This document shows, one piece after another, positions 13,029 to 24,545 of a DNA stretch of 64,000 nucleotides (within the stretch, counting starts at the first letter, position 1; every line of letters begins with the position of its first letter). The position numbers and the translations under genes were made by a program. The notes under the pieces were generated by a model. It was not told the DNA's origin. It did not search any database and was given only the letters and a program-made list of their open reading frames with translations. Origin of the DNA: Rhynchopus sp. YZ270_cl-10 (taxonomy: Eukaryota); the NCBI GenBank assembly GCA_964035575.1, contig OZ037844.1, forward strand, positions 186,001 to 250,000, given 5' to 3'.

Positions 13029-13456
13029 TGGAGAAGGGGGAGGAGGAGAAGGGGAAGGGGTGGGGTCAAGTGCATCTGTGTGAAAGGTGTCGATATTGTG
13101 GTGGAAATAGGGTGTGAAAAATAGTGTGAATTTTGCTTTATCGTTGTCATCAGTTTTTTTTTATCCTTTTTTTTCTCAACAAAATTTTCTGGGGAAAAAA
13201 TATGGCGGTCACTGCAGGCACCGCTGACCACTGTACGATGACGAGCCATCCGGATGAAAGCACAACAACAGAAGGTGTAAAGAAAAGAAGGAAACAACCT
13301 AACCATATGAACAGGGGGCGGTACACAACCAAAGATTTCAATAAAAACAGAGGGTTCCTTTTGAGGCACTCGTAAAAGACGCCCAACAGGATCTGACATT
13401 TTTCACTCGAATTCGACCCATTTTTTTTTTCTTCTTCTCATTCTCTCTCTCATATA

Positions 13457-14203
13457 CAGGCCTAATGCTATCCGCTGGTTCGCTGGTTCACTTTTATTTA
13501 TTATTTTTTTTTTTAATCCGCTGGTTCGCTGGTTCACCCTTAAAATGGGGGTTTTTTGGGCTGGGGGGATTCTCTGCCTGTGGTATGCCGTGGGTACCTT
13601 GGTCCTGGAGATGTGGGCGCCTGCCCGCATCTTCAGGAGGTGACGATGGAGACTTGTTCCAGGGACTCAATGATGCGCCCCCCTTGCCGGCAAAAATAAA
13701 AAAAGTAGCGTACCGTGCGCCTGCGGCGCAGCTCAAAAACTGGCAGCCCACAGACCTCTACCATAGTTTGGCTGTAAAAATGTTCGGTTTTAGGTCACAA
13801 TTTTTGAAATGTTGCGTACCGTGGCTTCGCCAGAAAGTTTTGATGTCAACCGCCGTTTCTTCTTGTACTGAGGGAAGGTTGCGTTTACAAGAGAGAACCT
13901 AGTGCGACGGCTTGACGTGGGAAAACGTGAGAAAAGGGCGGGTTTGGTTCTTGATGCACGTTACCATCCCACGTCATCACGTATTTACGCGAAATGAACG
14001 GACCTTTTCGCGCGGAGCGCAAAAAAAATTTTTTTTTGACCCCTTTTTGGACATATCTTCACGGTTTTGGGGGGGAGAAATTCATGGAAATAAGCGAAAA
14101 CCCTGGACCCCTTCCCGGAGGGAAAATTTTTTTTCGCTTTTTTTTTTTTTTTTTCCGCTGGTTCACTTTTTTCCCCCCTCCCCCAAAGTTAGCATTAGGC
14201 CTG
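13457..14203. mobile_element. hAT-like non-autonomous element, 14-bp TIR, 8-bp TSD
   Basis: CAGGCCTAATGCTA...TAGCATTAGGCCTG; TSD CTCATATA at 13449-13456 and 14204-14211; internal blocks recur inverted at ~62420-62550. Confidence 0.9.
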
Positions 14204-14204
14204 C

Positions 14205-15869
14205 TCATATAAGATTGACCTGCGAGGATCGCTGCATACAGTCTGCGAAGGTGGCGTCTAGGGAGTGCAGGTCGCTGCGCTGCTTGCAGAGCGACGCACA
14301 GCGCTTCACACCTGCCGTGATGCGCGCCGCAAGCTGCTCAAACACGCGCACATGCTCCACATGCGCAAAGTTCGGCAACGCCCCCACCCCACACCCTCCG
14401 ACCACCCCAGCTACATGCCGCTCATAATCCTCCACCACACCACCATCCTCACCCACACGCCCCGACAACTCCTCGAGCCCTCTTACCAACCCGTCTACTT
14501 CTCCTAGCACCCTTTTCATATGCACCACTGCCTTCCCTTGCGATGCAACATGCGAACGTACTGCGCCGACTGCAAAGCTCACTCTCATATTGACTATCTC
14601 AAGCAGAGGTGCCATATATATTGTCTCAAAAGCCTCAAGAGAGGAGCGAAACTGCGAGGTTTCAATACGAAAAGATGCAAGATCGCGCCACGTCTGCAGC
14701 ATCGTGCCTACTGAAGGAAACGCTCTTCGAAACATCGTGAGACGCCGTGCACCGAAGGAGGTAACAATGAAGAGAAGTTGCAGATACGTAAACTCTGCCA
14801 CCCAAGAACGGTCGCAGTCGCACCGGGTCGTACGGAGGAGCGCGGATGGAGGGCCAGCAATGAGAGCCACTGCGTCGTTTGTGGTGTTCTGTTGCGTGCA
14901 TGATGCGATCTGTTTTAGAACAGCGTTGACAGCGTGAACATCTTGCAGCGTTTCCACGTTTTCATCACAAAAAAAGCGATAAAATCTGGTAGCATGGAGG
15001 AGAACAAAGCGCGACGCAGCAGCAGTCGTCTCAAAACGCTGCAGCAACGTCGCCGCCTGGAAGTCCTGCGTACAATGCACGAACGCCCTCAGCTGCATTT
15101 CTGCAGTCCCAATCCGCGGCCCTGCCTCTTCATCCGTGTACGCCACGATACGCTGGAAGGCTTCGGTCACCTCCTTCACCCCAACCCCATGTAGGTGCGC
15201 CATGGTTTCATCCCACTTCCTCAAAAAGGCGGCAACGTCGGAGTACAGCAACTCCTTCACCACAGCGCCTGCGGCCTTCAGAAACCCTGCTTTACGACCG
15301 GACTCTCCCACCGCACGCCGCCAAGAGATGCACACACGCTCGACAAAACACAACGCATCGTACCCAAGGTAAGGCAACAAATACTCCTTTACGAGCTCCC
15401 TCGGGAGAAACGGTGGTCGTGGCTGTGGTAGTATGGGCGGTTGTGGCTGTGTTTGCTTTTGTCGTGCTGCTTGAGGGCGTTGTGGTTCTTTGAGCACAGT
15501 GAGGATACGTTCCGCGGTGGATGCGGTGGCTGCAGGTGGCTGAGAGACGCGGCCAGCATGAAGTGCATAACTGTCGTGCACCCGAAGCCGCCCAGACACC
15601 TTGGGGAGAGCAAGGTAGTCCATCTCCGCACGCATGTGGACCTCGTCACCACCTACTACAGCGCCATACCTCTGAAAGGCGGCCAGCCCTGTCATAGGGA
15701 ACGACAACACACCCCAGCCTCCCGTAGCAGGGTGCGGGGGAGGAGAAGGGGGCGCGGGTTCACGAGGGGAGGGCAGTGCTGGACCAGGGCGTTCGTCTGC
15801 GCAAGGTGGGGTTTCGGATGGACGGCGCCCCTTCGTGGTCATGACGCGTTGCGCACCGCGGGTTGGCAT
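14205..15869 (-). CDS. Hypothetical protein with an F-box-like motif
   Basis: 554-aa ORF; FLPRELVKEYLLPYLGYDALCFVERVCISWRRAV fits the F-box pattern LP.E....I..YL...L.....VC..W. Confidence 0.65.
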   Translation of the reverse strand: MPTRGAQRVMTTKGRRPSETPPCADERPGPALPSPREPAPPSPPPHPATGGWGVLSFPMTGLAAFQRYGAVVGGDEVHMRAEMDYLALPKVSGRLRVHDSYALHAGRVSQPPAATASTAERILTVLKEPQRPQAARQKQTQPQPPILPQPRPPFLPRELVKEYLLPYLGYDALCFVERVCISWRRAVGESGRKAGFLKAAGAVVKELLYSDVAAFLRKWDETMAHLHGVGVKEVTEAFQRIVAYTDEEAGPRIGTAEMQLRAFVHCTQDFQAATLLQRFETTAAASRFVLLHATRFYRFFCDENVETLQDVHAVNAVLKQIASCTQQNTTNDAVALIAGPPSALLRTTRCDCDRSWVAEFTYLQLLFIVTSFGARRLTMFRRAFPSVGTMLQTWRDLASFRIETSQFRSSLEAFETIYMAPLLEIVNMRVSFAVGAVRSHVASQGKAVVHMKRVLGEVDGLVRGLEELSGRVGEDGGVVEDYERHVAGVVGGCGVGALPNFAHVEHVRVFEQLAARITAGVKRCASLCKQRSDLHSLDATFADCMQRSSQVNLI

Positions 15870-16144
15870 TTATTAATTTATTTTTGAAAAAGAGAAGTAT
15901 TTAGAACGATCGCACCCCGTTATATGAGTGGGGTTGTTTTCACATTGCGTTTTGCTTTTCGATGGTGTGTAATATTTTTATTCTGTGTTGGTGAGTGTAG
16001 GTAGAGGAGAACCCTGTTGAATTTCATAATAAAAACGACATTGTTTTGATATTCCGCAAATACACGATACCGGTAACGGGTGCTGTCCATGAAATAAAGA
16101 CAAAAGAGTTGTGGTGAAACGCACACACCTCTACCAATACTGTT

Positions 16145-18033
16145 TCAAATGAGAGAAAGAATCTGCACCACATCTGCATGTTGTTTGTGGCTCGCATGTT
16201 GCAACGCAGTCAGGCCAGAAACATTTCTGTGGTTCACATCCACCTTCCGTAATCCCACAAGATAGCGCACAGTCTCGGTGTGTCCAAAATAAGACGCAAC
16301 GATAAGACACGTGTTACCTTGCTCATCTACCACACACACATCCGCACCTGCTTCCACAAACATCTGTACAATGTCGAGTTCCCCAACCTCACAAGCAAAG
16401 TGAAGAGGTGCCCGTCCTCGGCTATTCTGTGCCTCAACATCTGCCCCTGCATCAATCAGCAGCTGCACCACAGCAGCGTGCTTCTGCAACACTGCGAGGT
16501 GAAGTGAAGTGTTGCCTCTGTTGTTTGACTGATTCACATCCACCTCAGGCATGCACAGAAGAGTACGCACAGTCTCGGTGTGTCCTTTGGCAGCCGCACG
16601 GGTAAGACATGTCTCTCCTTTGTTGTCTGTGACACACACTCCCGCACCTGCTCTGACCAACACCTTCACAACACGGAGATTCCCACACTGGCTCGCCTTG
16701 AGGAGTGGCGAACGTCCGTAGATGCCTCTGCATCAACGAGCACCTCCACCACGTCTGGGTGGTTTCGCGCAACTGCATGTTTCAAGTCCACCTCTTTCAA
16801 GCCCACAAGATAGCGCACAGTCTCGGTGTGTCCCATATAAGACGCAAGGGCAAGACACGCGCATCCTTTGTTGTCTGTGACACACACATCCGCACCTGCT
16901 TCGACCAACACCTTCGCAATATCGAGGTGGCCCAAACAGCTCGCCCTGAGCAGACGTGAACGTCCCTTCTCGTCCTTCACCTCAATATCTGCCCCTGCAT
17001 CAATGAGCACCTCCACCACGTCTGGGTGATTTCGCACAACTGCAATGCTCAACGCAGTCCGTCCCGTGTTTTCAACGTGCTTCACGTCCACCTCCTTCAA
17101 ACCCACAAGATAGCGCACAGTCTCGGTGTGTCCAAAATAAGACGCAAGGGCAAGACACGTCCCTCCTTGCTTGTCTGTGACACACACTCCCGCACCTGCT
17201 TTGACCAACACCTTCGCAATATCGAGGTGGCCCAAACAGCTCGCCCTGAGCAGAGGTGAACGTCCTTTCTCGTTCTTCACCTCAATATCTGCCCCTGCAT
17301 CAATGAGCACCTCCACCACGTCTGGGTGGTTTCGCACAACTGCATGGCTCAACGCACTGCAGCCCGTGCTATCAGCGTGCTTCACGTTCACCTCCTTCAA
17401 ACCCACAAGATAGCGCACAGTCTCGGTGTGTCCAAAATAAGACGCAAGGGCAAGACACGTGTCTCCTTGCTTGTCTGTGACACACGCTCTCGCACCTGCT
17501 TCAACCAACATCTTCACAACTGCGAACTTGCCTGAAATGCTCGCCCTGAGCAGAGGCAAACGTCCATTCTCGTCCTTGGTCTCGATGTCTGCCCCTGCAT
17601 CAATGAACACCTGACACACTGCAGGGTCCTCCCACATGGCTGGACAAGCACGGTTTTCTATGGCCTCCTTCCCGTGTGGGACAAACGCAACGTTGCTGCA
17701 GACTGAATTCCAATGCTGCAAGAGGACCTCCGTGCACGCAGTGTGGTCTGCGTGGACGCACTCACTCAGCAGCATCCCGAAGCCCATCTGCGTTGTCTCA
17801 ACATACGGAAGAAGCAGTGCGAGGCATTCATCGTGGTTCCCTCTGCATGCCTCGTGCACAGCATCGAAGGAAACCGTTTTGCTGTCTGTGTCTGGGCTGA
17901 GCTTCTCAAGTCCCACCCGCACGGCAGTCGTGTCGCCGTTCCTGGCAGCCTCCACCAAGACCTCGTCTGCAGAAAGCTTTCTTCTCTTTGGTGCCTTCTC
18001 GTCAGGTGTGCTGTCTGCGTGTCGCTTCGACAT
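16145..18033 (-). pseudogene. Ankyrin family copy A (5 cassettes), frameshifted
   Basis: ORFs 16666-18033 and 16145-16669. Relative to paralogues it has a 19-nt deletion at ~16728 (gatgcctc|tgcatc) that shifts frame, and an in-frame 33-nt deletion at ~16780. Confidence 0.8.
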
Positions 18034-18748
18034 GGTTTGTGAAGATGTTGATATTCAATGTTGTGTCTTTTATGCTGTAGGTGAGTAGGTGGGGCGTGAT
18101 GGTGGGAATCTGCTGACCTGAGTCGAATCTCCCTGGTGTGTTGGGATGCTCGTGGCTGTATCGTTACACATAAGGAATGTCGAACGGAGTGCACGTCATC
18201 ACAGCATATCGAGAAGGAGAGAGTTGCAACGTACTCAAACGCAGCTCGGTCGTGCTCATGCTAAGGGTGGGACGTTCGTGTTCCCCCGCTATAATTTTGC
18301 ACGATAGTTACTGTGGGAGCATAGCAGGGACCCTGAGACGTATTCGTGACATCCTGGAGCGTGCTTCTTGCAAACAGAAGTGCATCCGGTGTGCCGTAGA
18401 ACACATCACGTTGTCTGACTGTTCGAGACACAGTACTGAATATCCCTCGTACACAGAATAAAGTTAGCTAGAAGTTGGATCGATAGGTCAGGGAAATAAA
18501 AAAAGAAGAAAAACAAGAAAGCGTGCAAAATAGTTCTCCCCACCACCCTGGGTAAACGTTCACCCATACCGGGTATCACCGGGTGTTTTTGTAACCCAGT
18601 GATGCCATAGAAAATGCCCTAAAAAATGACGGTAACGAGTACTCACTCAAGAACGGAAATGAATCTCGAATTTGCAAAACCCGGTAATACACGATACCGG
18701 TAACGGGTGCTGTCCATGAAATAAAGACAAAAGAGTTGTGATACTGTT

Positions 18749-20386
18749 TCAAATGAGAGAAAGAATCTGCACCACATCTGCATGTTGTTTGAGCTTCGCA
18801 TGCTGCAACGCAGTGTTGCCTAATAAATTTCTGTGGTTCACATCCACCTCCGGCAAGCCCACAAGATAGCGCACAGTCTCGGTGTGTCCATAAAAAGCCG
18901 CAACGATAAGACACGTGTTGCCTTTGTCGTCCACCACACACACGTCCGCACCCGCTTCCACCAACATCTGCACAATGTCGAGTTCCCCAACCTCACAAGC
19001 AAAGTGAAGAGGTGAACTTCTGTCTCGCTTCAGCTCAACATCTGCCCCTGCATCAATCAGCAGCTGCACCACAGCAGCGTGCTTCTGTAACACTGCGAGG
19101 TGCAGTGAAGTGAAGCCCCTGTTGTTTGACTGATTCACATCCACCTCAGGCATGCACAGAAGAGTACGCACAGTCTCGGTGTGTCCACGAGCAGACGCAA
19201 GGATAAGACACGTATCTCCTTCGTTGTCTGTGACACACACGTCCGCACCTGCTTTGACCAACACCTTCACAACCTGGAGATTCCCACACTGGCTCGCCTC
19301 ATGGAGTGGCGAACGTCCGTAGATGCCTCTTGTCTCAATATCTGCCCCTGCATCAATGAGCACCTCCACCACGTCTGGGTGGTTTCGCACAACTGCATGT
19401 CTCAACGCACTGCAGCCCGTGCTATCAACGTGCTCCACGTCCACTTCCTTCAAGCCCACAAGGTAGCGCACATTCTCGGTGTGTCCCACATGAGACGCAA
19501 AGATAAGACTCGTGTTTCCTTTGTTGTCTGTGACACACACGTCCGCACCTGCTCTGACCAACGTCTTCACAACATCGAGTGCTCCTGACATGCTAGCCCT
19601 GAGCAGAGGTGAACGTCCCTTCTCGTCCTTTGTCTCGATATCTGCCCCTGCATCAATGAGCACCTGCACTACTTCAGGATAGTTCTGTTGACATGCCAAG
19701 TGCAACGCAGTGGAGCCTGAGTCAGCTGTGTGATTCACGTCCACCTCCTTCAAACCCACAAGATAGCGCACAGTCTCGGTGTGTCCAAAATAAGACGCAA
19801 GGGCAAGACACGTGTTACCTTTGTTGTCTGTGACACGCACGTCCGCACCTGCTTTGACCAACACCTTCGCAATATCGAGGTGGCCCAACCAGAGCGACAC
19901 GAGCAGAGGTGAACGTCCCTTCTCATCCTTTGTCTCGATGTCTGCCCCTGCATCAATGAGCACCTGACACACTGCAGGGTCCGCCCACATGGCTGGACAG
20001 GGTCGAGGTTTCGTGTTGCTCCCGAGTGGGACAAACGCAACGTTGCTGCAGACTGAATTCCAATGCTGCAAGAGGACCTCCGTGCACGCAGTGTGGTCTG
20101 CGTGGATGCACTCACTCAGCAGCATCCCGAAGCCCATCTGCGTTGTCTCAACATACGGAAGAAGCAGTGTGAGGCATTCATTGTGGTTCCCTCTGCATGC
20201 CTCGTGCACAGCATCGAAGGCAACCGTTTTGCTGTCTGTGTCTGGGATGAGCTTCTCAAGTCCCACCCGCACGGCAGTCGTGTCGCCGTTCCTGGCAGCC
20301 TCCACCAAGACCTCGTCTGCAGAAAGCGTTCTTCTCTTTGGTGCCTTCTCGTCAGGTGTGCTGTCTGCGTGTCGCTCCTTCGACAT
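18749..20386 (-). CDS. Ankyrin family copy B (4 cassettes)
   Basis: 545 aa; repeated GxTxLHxA / GHTETVRYLV / LIDAGAD ankyrin motifs. Confidence 0.92.
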   Translation of the reverse strand: MSKERHADSTPDEKAPKRRTLSADEVLVEAARNGDTTAVRVGLEKLIPDTDSKTVAFDAVHEACRGNHNECLTLLLPYVETTQMGFGMLLSECIHADHTACTEVLLQHWNSVCSNVAFVPLGSNTKPRPCPAMWADPAVCQVLIDAGADIETKDEKGRSPLLVSLWLGHLDIAKVLVKAGADVRVTDNKGNTCLALASYFGHTETVRYLVGLKEVDVNHTADSGSTALHLACQQNYPEVVQVLIDAGADIETKDEKGRSPLLRASMSGALDVVKTLVRAGADVCVTDNKGNTSLIFASHVGHTENVRYLVGLKEVDVEHVDSTGCSALRHAVVRNHPDVVEVLIDAGADIETRGIYGRSPLHEASQCGNLQVVKVLVKAGADVCVTDNEGDTCLILASARGHTETVRTLLCMPEVDVNQSNNRGFTSLHLAVLQKHAAVVQLLIDAGADVELKRDRSSPLHFACEVGELDIVQMLVEAGADVCVVDDKGNTCLIVAAFYGHTETVRYLVGLPEVDVNHRNLLGNTALQHAKLKQHADVVQILSLI

Positions 20387-20875
20387 GGTTTGTGAAGATG
20401 TTGATATTCAATGTTGTGTCTTTTATGCTGTTTCTTTTTGTGGAGGTTGTGAGGTGAGTGGGTGGGCGTGGTGTGAATCTGCTGACCTGAGTCGAATCTC
20501 CCTGGTGTGTTGGGATGCGCGTGGCTGTATCGTCAACACCTAAATGGCCCGCTATGATTTTGCACGATAGTTACCGTGCAGCACAGTCGGGTACGCTGAG
20601 GGAAATGAATTGTGCAATTAGTATATATTGCATTGGGTGGATATCTTGTATCTATCTGAGCTGAGGCGTACTTAAACGTAAGTAATACCGAGTGCGCACA
20701 CGGGCAAGTGATGAAAGGGCTGCTTAGTACTACAATACGTAATTTGAAAACTTAGTTTGTTGTGTACACCCGAGGATGAACTCCACTTTTCGAAATTGCA
20801 TTGGAGTGCAGTGTCACGTGTCTAAGCATGTCTGAAAAACCAGCTGCTTAGAGTGGCTGTGGCCCCAAAATATGG

Positions 20876-21054
20876 ATCCAACTACGAGCTTTTTAACAGC
20901 AGCAGCATTAATATACGCTATTGGTGCTGGAATTACCGCGGGTGCTGGCACCAGACTTGTCCACCAATCGATACTCATTGACAGGTTCAGATATCATCCA
21001 TTGCAAGCTCCATAACAGGCAGTGCCAGAAGTTACTATTTCTCTTCGCTGCCTC
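20876..21054 (-). rRNA. Isolated ~180-nt 18S rRNA fragment (not a functional gene)
   Basis: Minus strand reads GAGGCAGCGAAGAGAAATAG...GGACAAGTCTGGTGCCAGCACCCGCGGTAATTCCAGCACCAATAGCGTATATTAATGCTGCTGCTGTTAAAAAGCTCGTAGTTGGAT, the conserved SSU 530-loop region. No other rDNA is recognisable in the flanks. Confidence 0.92.
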
Positions 21055-21709
21055 AGCAGTGTTGCCATCAACTCTGTAGCCGTACAGCGGACACCCCCTC
21101 CGCACTGAGTCCGCAGGAGGTGTGCGTCTGCCTATGCTGAAGGCCAATTGTCAGGTTGAGAGTGAGGCCCAACCATTTGTTTGGTCATCACCACAAATGG
21201 CCGCTGGAGACACGGAAACTCACCTAGTTTATGAAAATATCACTAAAGTAGTAATAAACCACTTTCCACTCCTCACAAAAAGTCTTCACAAACAGGAGTA
21301 CAATAAAGTGACTCTACGTCACAGTGAAATAAAGAGTAGAGTAATTTTCTCCACCCCACTCGAAATGTATGGCTACTAGGACAGTTCAATAAAAGTGGGC
21401 TGAAGAAAATCTATTTTGTTATTTCCAGGATATAAAACGTCGGCAAAGAACAAAAAATGGAGTAAAATAAGAAAACATTATTTGCGACTTCGCTCTCCCC
21501 ACCCCCCTGGGTAAACGTCTGGGTATCACCGAGGTTTTTTTAAAACCTGGGAATAGAAAATAGCCGGTAATTACGGTAACGGGTGCTTGAAACGGAAATG
21601 AATCTGAAATTTGCAAACCCGGTAATACACGATACCGGTAACGGGTGCTGTCCATGAAATAAAGACAAAAGAGTTGTGGTGAAACGCACACACCTCTACC
21701 AATACTGTT

Positions 21710-23365
21710 TCAAATGAGAGAAAGAATCTGCACCACATCTGCATGTTGTTTGTGGCTCGCATGCTGCAACGCAGTCAGGCCAGAATCATTTCTGTGGTTC
21801 ACATCCACCTTCCGTAATCCCACAAGATAGCGCACAGTCTCGGTGTGTCCATAAAAAGACGCAACGATAAGACACGTATCACCTTTGTCATCTACCACAC
21901 ACACGTCCACACCTGCTCCCACCAACATCTGCACAATGTCGAGTTCCCCAACCTCACTAGCCAAGTGAAGAGGTGCCCGTCCTCGGCGATTCTGTGCCTG
22001 AACATCTGCCCCTGCATCAATGAGCAATTGCATCACAGCAGAGTGCTTCTTTAAAGTTGCGTGGTGAAGTGAAGTGTTGCCTCTGTTATTTGAATGATTC
22101 ACGTCCACCTCAGGCATGCACAGAAGAGCACGCACAGTCTCGGTGTGTCCACTGGCAGCTGCAAGGGTAAGACACGTGTTTCCTTCGTTGTCTGTGACAC
22201 ACACGTCCACACCTGCCTTGACCAACACCTTCACAACACGGAGATTCCCACACTGGCTCGCCGCAAGGAGTGGCGAACGTCCGTAGCTGCCTCTTGTCTC
22301 AATATCTGCCCCTGCATCAACGAGCACCTCCACCACGTCTGGGTGGTTTCGCACAACTGCATGTCTCAACGCACTGCAGCCCGTGCTATCAACGTCCTTC
22401 AAGTCCACCTCCTTCAAACCCACAAGATAGCGCACAGTCTCGGTGTGTCCCATGTAAGACGCAAGCATAAGGCACGTGACTCCTTCGTTGTCTGTGACAC
22501 TCACGTCCGCACCTGCTTTGACCAACGTCTTCAGAACATCGAGATGTCCTGACATGCTAGGCTTGTGAAGAGGTGAACGTCCTTTCCCGTCCTTTGCCGC
22601 GATGTCTGCCCCTGCATCAATGAGCAGCTGAACTACTTCAGGATGGTTTTGTCGACTTGCCCAGTGCAACGCAGTGGAGCCTGAATCAACTACACGATTC
22701 ACGTCCACATCCTTCAAGCCCACAAGATAGCGCACAGTCTCGGTGTGTCCAAAATAAGACGCAAGGGCAAGACACGTGTCTCCTTGCTTGTCTTTGACAC
22801 GCACTCCCGCACCTGCTTCGGCCAACATCTCCACAACTGCGAACTTGCCTGAAATGCTCGCCCTGAGCAGAGGTGAACGTCCATTCTCGTCCTTTATCTC
22901 GATGTCTGCCCCTGCATCAATGAGCACCTGACACACTGCAGGGTCCTCCCACATGGCTGGACAGGGACGAGGCATCTGACCTTCACTATCTTCCTCTAAC
23001 CCGTGTGGGACAAACGCAACGTTGCTGCAGACTGACTTCCAATGCTGCAAGAGGACCTCCGTGCACGCAGTGTGGTCTGCGTGGATGCACTCACTCAGCA
23101 GCATCCCGAAGCCCATCTGCGTTGTCTCAACATACGGAAGAAGCAGTGCGAGGCATTCATCGTGGTTCCCTCTGCATGCCTCGTGCACAGCATCGAAGGC
23201 AACCGTTTTGCTGTCTGTGTCTGGGCTGAGCTTCTCAAGTCCCACCTGCACGGCAGTCGTGTCGCCGTTCCTGGCAGCCTCCACCAAGACCTCGTCTGCA
23301 GAAAGCTTTCTTCTCTTTGGTGCCTTCTCGTCAGGTGTGCTGTCTGCGTGTCGCTCCTTCGACAT
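21710..23365 (-). CDS. Ankyrin family copy C (4 cassettes)
   Basis: 551-aa intact ORF with the same architecture as copy B. Confidence 0.92.
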   Translation of the reverse strand: MSKERHADSTPDEKAPKRRKLSADEVLVEAARNGDTTAVQVGLEKLSPDTDSKTVAFDAVHEACRGNHDECLALLLPYVETTQMGFGMLLSECIHADHTACTEVLLQHWKSVCSNVAFVPHGLEEDSEGQMPRPCPAMWEDPAVCQVLIDAGADIEIKDENGRSPLLRASISGKFAVVEMLAEAGAGVRVKDKQGDTCLALASYFGHTETVRYLVGLKDVDVNRVVDSGSTALHWASRQNHPEVVQLLIDAGADIAAKDGKGRSPLHKPSMSGHLDVLKTLVKAGADVSVTDNEGVTCLMLASYMGHTETVRYLVGLKEVDLKDVDSTGCSALRHAVVRNHPDVVEVLVDAGADIETRGSYGRSPLLAASQCGNLRVVKVLVKAGVDVCVTDNEGNTCLTLAAASGHTETVRALLCMPEVDVNHSNNRGNTSLHHATLKKHSAVMQLLIDAGADVQAQNRRGRAPLHLASEVGELDIVQMLVGAGVDVCVVDDKGDTCLIVASFYGHTETVRYLVGLRKVDVNHRNDSGLTALQHASHKQHADVVQILSLI

Positions 23366-24545
23366 GGTTTGTGAAGATGTTGATATTCAATGTTGTGTCT
23401 TTTATGCTGCTTCTTTTTGTGGAGGTTGTGAGGTGAGTGGTGGGTGTCCTTGAACTGGCTCCCACCCCTGACAAGCACAGCCACAGTTGAAACGGGTGGT
23501 GTGGAAGTCTCCCTCCTGAGGGTGGTGGTGGGAATCTGCTGACCTGAGTCGAATCTCCCTGGTGTGTTGGGATGCTCGTGGCTTTATCGTCAACACCAAA
23601 ATGACCCGCTATGATTTTGCACGATAGTTACCGTGGGTACATAGCAGACTACTTTGCATGCATACCTACATCTGGGTTTGTTCTTCTCGCGAGAGAGACG
23701 GAACACAACCTAGACGTGTAGAGGATGTCTAGGTTCCAGAGGGAGTGGGCGAGCGCGACAGTTGTCGGGGTGCTGGTTCCTTCCGTGGTAGCAATAAAGT
23801 AGTAAGAAACCGCTCTCCACCCCCTAATCAAAAGCCTTCACAAACAGGAGCACAAGAAAGTGACTCTTCGTCACAGTGTGAAATGAAGAGTTACTCGGTA
23901 TATTTTTCTCCACCCCACTCGAAATGTATGGCTACTTTAGGACAAGTTCAATAAAAGTCTTTTCTGGAAAATAAAACACGGGTTGGGGGAAATCTTTTAT
24001 ACTTTTTCAAGATGTCAGACACAGGATTCCCTTCTCCGTCAAGCCGCACACACTCTCATATGTCGGAAAAGAAAATAGAAACGAACTGCAGCATATGAAC
24101 AAAAAGAAAACAATGAAAAACAACCTTCGGTCATCCGTCAGCTTTATGTGTTTGTTTCGCTTGTGTGTAATGGAAAAAGTGAGCGAGAAACAAGCTGGCG
24201 GGCACACACCTTCCGTCATTTCTATTTCCATTATCACACCAGTACTTTGATATACAAAAAAAATATAAAAAAAATAGAGCAAAAATAATAAAGCATTTTG
24301 TGCGAAATCGTTTTCCCCACCCCCCTGAGAAAATGTTCACCCATACCGGGTAACACCGGGGGTTTTTTTAACCCAGTGGTGCCTTAGAAAATACCCGGTA
24401 ATGTGTACTCAAAAACGGAAATAAATCTGCAAATGAAGCTGTAATTTGCAAAACCCGGTAATACACGATACCGGTAACGGGTGCTGTCCATGAAATAAAG
24501 ACAAAAGAGTTGTGGTGAAACGCACACACCTCTACCAATACTGTT

